A DNA stretch of 64,000 bases, taken from NCBI GenBank assembly GCA_964016885.1, contig OZ024742.1:102486001-102550000 (forward strand). The letters run 5' to 3'. Below the pieces are notes generated by a model, which searched no databases, had not been told where the DNA came from, and saw only the letters and a list, made by a program, of their open reading frames with translations. Position 1 is the stretch's first letter. Every line of letters begins with the position of its first letter. The stretch comes from Eledone cirrhosa (lineage: Eukaryota). Positions 58,727 to 64,000 of the stretch are shown here, one piece after another. The translations under genes were made by a program, and so were the position numbers.

Positions 58727-59024
58727 TATATTTTCTCCCAGTTTGGTGGACTTACTTCCTCTGTAAACCCAACATTTCTTTTATATATTTGTTGTTTGAT
58801 TTTATGTTTGCAACTCTGTCTTTTTGTATAAATGTTTTGAACTGGTCGAGAGCTTTTTGATGGGAATTCCATGTTTTTATTTAACCCCACAAACATGGTT
58901 TCTCAGCATGGGGGGGGGGGGCTCTTCCTCTTTTTAGAGGTCACGTGTCACGACAGAATTGAACTGCTACAACTGATGAGGCTATAATTATATATACCGT
59001 ATATATATATAATTGTAATACTTA

Positions 59025-59645
59025 TTTCTACTGTTGGCACAAGGCCAGCAATTAGCCCAATGCATTACTGGTACTTTATTTTATCAACCGCGTAAGGATG
59101 AAAGGCAAAGTTAACTTCGGCGGGATTTGAACTCAGATCATAAAGGGCCGTAACTCTATGTTGCAAAGCATGACGTCCGATCCTCTACCGATACTGCCAA
59201 TCCACAATAATGGTTTCTTATATAGGCACAAGGCCAGCAATTTTGGGGGAGGGGAAAGTCGATGAAATTGACTCCATTGTGTGACTGGTACTTTATTTTA
59301 TCGACCCCGTAAGGATGAAAGGCAAAGTTAACCTCGGCGGGATTTGAACTCAGATCATAAAGGGCCGTAACTCTATGTTGCAAAGCATGACGTCCGATCC
59401 TCTACCGATACTGCCAATCCACAATAATGGTTTCTTATATAGGCACAAGGCCAGCAATTTTGGGGGAGGGGAAAGTCGATGAAATTGACTCCATTGTGTG
59501 ACTGGTACTTTATTTTATCGACCCCGTAAGGATGAAAGGCAAAGTTAACCTCGGCGGGATTTGAACTCAGATCATAAAGAGCCGTACTCTATGCGGCAAA
59601 GCATGGCGTCCGACCCTCTACCGATACTGCCAATCCACCGCCCTC
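59025..59645 (-). mobile_element. Three tandem SINE A copies (217-bp period)
   Basis: GATTTGAACTCAGATCATAAAG at 59124, 59341 and 59558. Confidence 0.85.
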
Positions 59646-59785
59646 CAATCCACAATAATAATAGGTATAAATCACAGCAGAGCAGATACCAATCGAATTC
59701 CCTATAACAGTATAAGCTTCCCATATACAACCCTTATTACCTTTAACGCTGTCTTAGTGATATAGCCAACACACACACACATATA

Positions 59786-59823
<38 letters not shown>

Positions 59824-60090
59824 GAAATTTCGTATTTCTAAAGAAATACGGTTTTAGGATCCGTAGCTATGCAAACACCGGGGGGGGGGGGGGGTCTCTG
59901 GTGATGTCCAGCAGAAGCAAGGGGGACAACCGTCTATGCATTTCCGGCTTGACTGCCCTTCGTCAGGACGATCCCTCCCACCGCTTGCAACTGCTGGACT
60001 AGAAGACAGCCGAGAACATATAGTTTTCTAGTCTGTGTAAATGAGGTGATTAATCTCATTTGCATAAGTTGGCTCAACATATAATAGAAA

Positions 60091-60165
60091 AGAAATAAGA
60101 TTTCGCTTCAAGCATAGCTTTATACATATTGTATAAAGATATGCTTGAAACGAAATCTTATTTCT
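60091..60165. repeat. 75-bp near-perfect palindrome adjacent to (TA)n
   Basis: AGAAATAAGATTTCG-C-TTCAAGCATA-G-CTTTATACA tat TGTATAAAG-A-TATGCTTGAA-A-CGAAATCTTATTTCT. Confidence 0.85.
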
Positions 60166-60198
<33 letters not shown>

Positions 60199-60413
60199 AT
60201 ATGTCCGGGTCAGTATAAAATCTTTTCCTGGGTCCTGTATTTTCGTTGCTCTAGTGATGCGGCTGAACTGCCGACCGCTATAACTGATTTGCTAAGCTGT
60301 CTGAACGTAATGTTAGGGGTCTTTCCTCATCTGAGTGCTCAAGCTACAGACCGATTATGCATATACGATAGCTTGGCCGTATTCTAAAGCTTCGTCAATG
60401 CTGTACTAAAATT

Positions 60414-60482
<69 letters not shown>

Positions 60483-60649
60483 CAATAAAAAAGAAAAGAA
60501 AAAGAACAAAAAAAAAACCAAACAGCTAAACACTAAAATAAAATTAAAATAAAAAAAGAGAAAAAAGGAAAAAAAAGTTTCAAATATTGAAGGCCAATGG
60601 GAGGCAGATTATATCATAAGAAAACAAAGAAGAAAATAGGAAACAAGAC

Positions 60650-61300
60650 ATTTCTCATGTTGAATCTTTTCGTAGCGTCCATGTACTCAAAGATTTTGTT
60701 TATATTTGGTAGACCTGTAATCAAATATTGAACTTCCAATCTTGGTAGTTTTTTAAAGATTGGTTTTAACATGGCCTTTCTCTCTCAGACTGATAGTTTT
60801 TACACTGGAACAAATAGTGCCAAAGAGTTTTTGGAGAGTCACCACAAGAACATAGAGGTGAATCTCTACGACCTGTTCTTCATAGAATTATCGAAGGGTT
60901 AGGAGTGTTTGAAATTTGAAAATGTGATAGTCCCAAACAAAGAAAATAACTGTTTAGACAGTCGATCATTGTGGATACTAGTTGAGGAAATTAGGAATAT
61001 TACCTCCAGTGACGGGAAAAGATGTGTCTCTCTGTGTCTCTAGCACCTTTGTCCACTTTTTTCCCTCTCTAATAGCAATTTACCGAATTTTCTCAAATAT
61101 CATCTATATCAATCAATTGGTATTAAAGTTATTTTGGGACTCTCACATTCTCAAATTTCATATAATTTTGTTTTTATCACCGAGAAAACAGTTTTTAATA
61201 AACCGTCTTTGCAAAATGTCGGAAATTGTTCCTAAAGTAGAAATCATTAGGATCATCCCTTTCCAAGAAAATCCATAGTATGAACAATGCCTATAGGAAG
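60650..61300 (-). pseudogene. Degenerate I-group-like LINE C-terminus
   Basis: Minus strand RTGRRDSPLCSCGDSPKTLWHYLFQCKNYQSER (CCHC knuckle); T-rich 3' region. Confidence 0.55.
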
Positions 61301-61585
61301 AACCTCGCTCCCTAAAAAGCCAGGGTTTTGTTCTCGTCTAAAGAAGTGATAGCAACAATTGATTTTATGTAAAAAAAAAATAATAATAATAAAAAGTTGT
61401 AGACGCTGAAGTGGCAGAATCATTGGAAAGTTGGGTGGAATGTTTCATCTCTCGATGTTCTGAGCTCAAATACCACAGAACTCAACTATGCCTTTCGAGG
61501 TCTACAATTATAGTGTCAGTCTAGTACTGAGGTTGACTCTTCTTCTATATCTCTCTCTCACCTCCACACGCTCACACACACACAT

Positions 61586-61672
<87 letters not shown>

Positions 61673-62569
61673 GAAAAAGGCTGCTTTTTGAGAGTACTTT
61701 CTGTGTGAAAATAAGAACTACTTTTATGATGGGATTCATAATAAGAAAAAGTAAAGGGCTCTTAACTCTTGACTGCGTCTTAGGGGCACCGTCATGAGAT
61801 TCAGCGTATCTTTAAATCTAACAGATCGTATCCCTCTCAGCAATTTCTTCCTGAAAGAGAGAGAAAGAGAGAGAGAGAGAGAGGGGGGGGGGGAGAAAGG
61901 GAGCAATAAAAAGATGAAAAATCAGCCACAGGACAAGACAGTACTTTATTTATCGATCTTGAAACGATATTCAGATAGGAGGTGATTTTATTAAAAAACA
62001 ATTATTTTCCATTTTTAAAAAAATTTCTAATTTAGAGAGAACACTTTTAGACCTTCACTTGTAATCAATTAATTCTTACTTAGTTATATCGTTAATTACG
62101 GTATATTAGCTAATTAATTAGTTCTCACTGAGTTATAGAACACTCTCAGTAAATGATACTTCGTGTAGACAAATTAAGACACTCCCTGTGGAGTACATGT
62201 GTGTATATTTCACACACACATACATATAGGGAGAGAAAAAGACGCATTCTGTGTATGTATATGTGTATGTATATGTATGTTCATGTGTATATATTTATGT
62301 GCGTGTATGTAGGTGTGTCACTGCATTTCCACATTATTTAAGCATATGTGTGTGCATGTCTTATTAATATAAAATAATTGTGTCGATTACACACACATAC
62401 ACACACATACACACACAGAGATGGAGAGAAGGAGAGACATTCAATGTTTGTGTGTGTGTATGTGTGTATGTGTGTATGTGTGTATGTGTATTTCCATATT
62501 TTGCGGCATATGGGTGTATATCAATATAAAATTAACGTGTCTTTGCGCGGAAGGGAGAAAGATAGATAT

Positions 62570-62661
62570 TGACTGTGCGTATGTGTGTGCTTATCATTCT
62601 GTGTCTTTGTGTGCCTGTGTGTGTGTGTGTGTGTGTGCTTATCATTCTGTGTCTTTGTGTG

Positions 62662-62695
<34 letters not shown>

Positions 62696-63230
62696 TATCA
62701 TTCTGTGTCTTTGTGTGCCTGTGTGTGTGTGTGTGAGTGCTTATCATTCTGTATCTTTGTGTGCGTGTATGTGTGTGTGCCTGTATGTGTGTGTGCGTGT
62801 GTGTGCGTGTGTGCGTGCGTGTGCGTGCGTATGTGTGTGCGTGTGTGTGTGTGCGCTTATCATTCTGTGTCTGTGTGTGTGAGTGTGTGTGTGTGCTTAT
62901 CATTCTGTGTTTGTGTGTGAGTGTGTGTGTGTTTATGTGTGTGCGCTTATCATGCTGTGTCTGTGTGTGAATGTGTGTGTGTGCTTATCATTCTGTGTTT
63001 GTGTGTGTGTGCGTGTGTGTGTGTTTATGTGTGTGTGTGCTTATCATTCTGTGTTTGTGTGTGTGTACGTGTGTGTGTGTTTATGTGTGTGTGTGCTTAT
63101 CCTTCTGTGTCTGTATGTGTGTGAGTGTGTGTGTGTGTTTATCATTCTGTGTTTGTGTGTGTGTATGTGAATGCGTGTATGTGTGTTTATGTGGTGTGTA
63201 CTTATCATTCTGTGTTTGTATGCGTGTGTG
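62570..63230. repeat. Minisatellite of GCTTATCATTCTGTGT cores separated by variable (GT)n
   Basis: About 14 cores read directly. Confidence 0.9.
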
Positions 63231-63511
63231 TGTGTTTATGTGTGTGCATGTGTATGTTTCCCTATATTTGCTATATATGTGTGTATGTCACTGTACTAAT
63301 GTGCGGCTGTTACAGCCCCCCCCCCCCCGTCTCTCGACACTCACCTACTTATCTGTTTCATGTGTGTCTCACCTTCAGTCGTTTGATCGCAAACACACAC
63401 ATATACAATACATATATATGCATACACACACACACGTATAGATATAGATATACATACCCACATATATATACACACACATATATATATAAATATATATATA
63501 TACACACACAC

Positions 63512-63555
<44 letters not shown>

Positions 63556-63700
63556 CCATACATATATATATATACATATCCACACATATATATATACACA
63601 CACACATAAATATACATATATATATATATACACACACACACACATATATATCTACATACCCACATATTATATATACACACACACATATATATACACACAC

Positions 63701-63735
<35 letters not shown>

Positions 63736-63776
63736 TATATATATATATACATACCCACATATATATATACACACAC

Positions 63777-63821
<45 letters not shown>

Positions 63822-64000
63822 TATATATATATATGTGCATGTATGCATATATGCATATATATATATATATACACACATACATATCTACATATATATATAT
63901 ACACATATATACCTACATATATATCATATTTAATGTGTGGTGTGTATAAATAAGAAATCTTTTTTAAAAAATCCATAAATACACGTGTATTAATAGACAC

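Noticed and set aside
58970-59010. CTGATGAG hammerhead-like start
   Set aside because: No matching stem II or GAAA downstream

Overview
Repeat-saturated, AT-rich eukaryotic DNA. The repeat landscape (long CA/TA/TACA/ACC microsatellites, tRNA-derived SINEs, RTE, Penelope, Tx1) resembles an octopod cephalopod genome; this is inference. I found no convincing host protein-coding exon, and almost all listed ORFs are microsatellite artefacts. Supported content: (1) a ~8.5 kb tRNA-Ala(CGC) cluster with seven identical minus-strand genes, four degenerate head-to-head plus-strand tRNA-like partners and one divergent plus-strand copy. These sit in higher-order units that also carry fragments of a CRE-like restriction-like-endonuclease (RLE) retrotransposon and SINEs. 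(2) A Penelope-like locus with a GIY-YIG remnant, a ~400 bp inverted repeat, a nested palindrome and hammerhead ribozyme motifs, including a U3:A8 covariant core. (3) Several fold-back palindromes or TIR elements embedded in (TA)n tracts, one with a hammerhead fold. (4) LINE remnants (CRE-like RLE, Tx1/L1 with an 18-bp TSD, RTE, I-group), pogo/Tigger, mariner and hAT MITEs, many SINEs and a 79-bp minisatellite. All calls were made by eye; boundaries of degenerate repeats are approximate.
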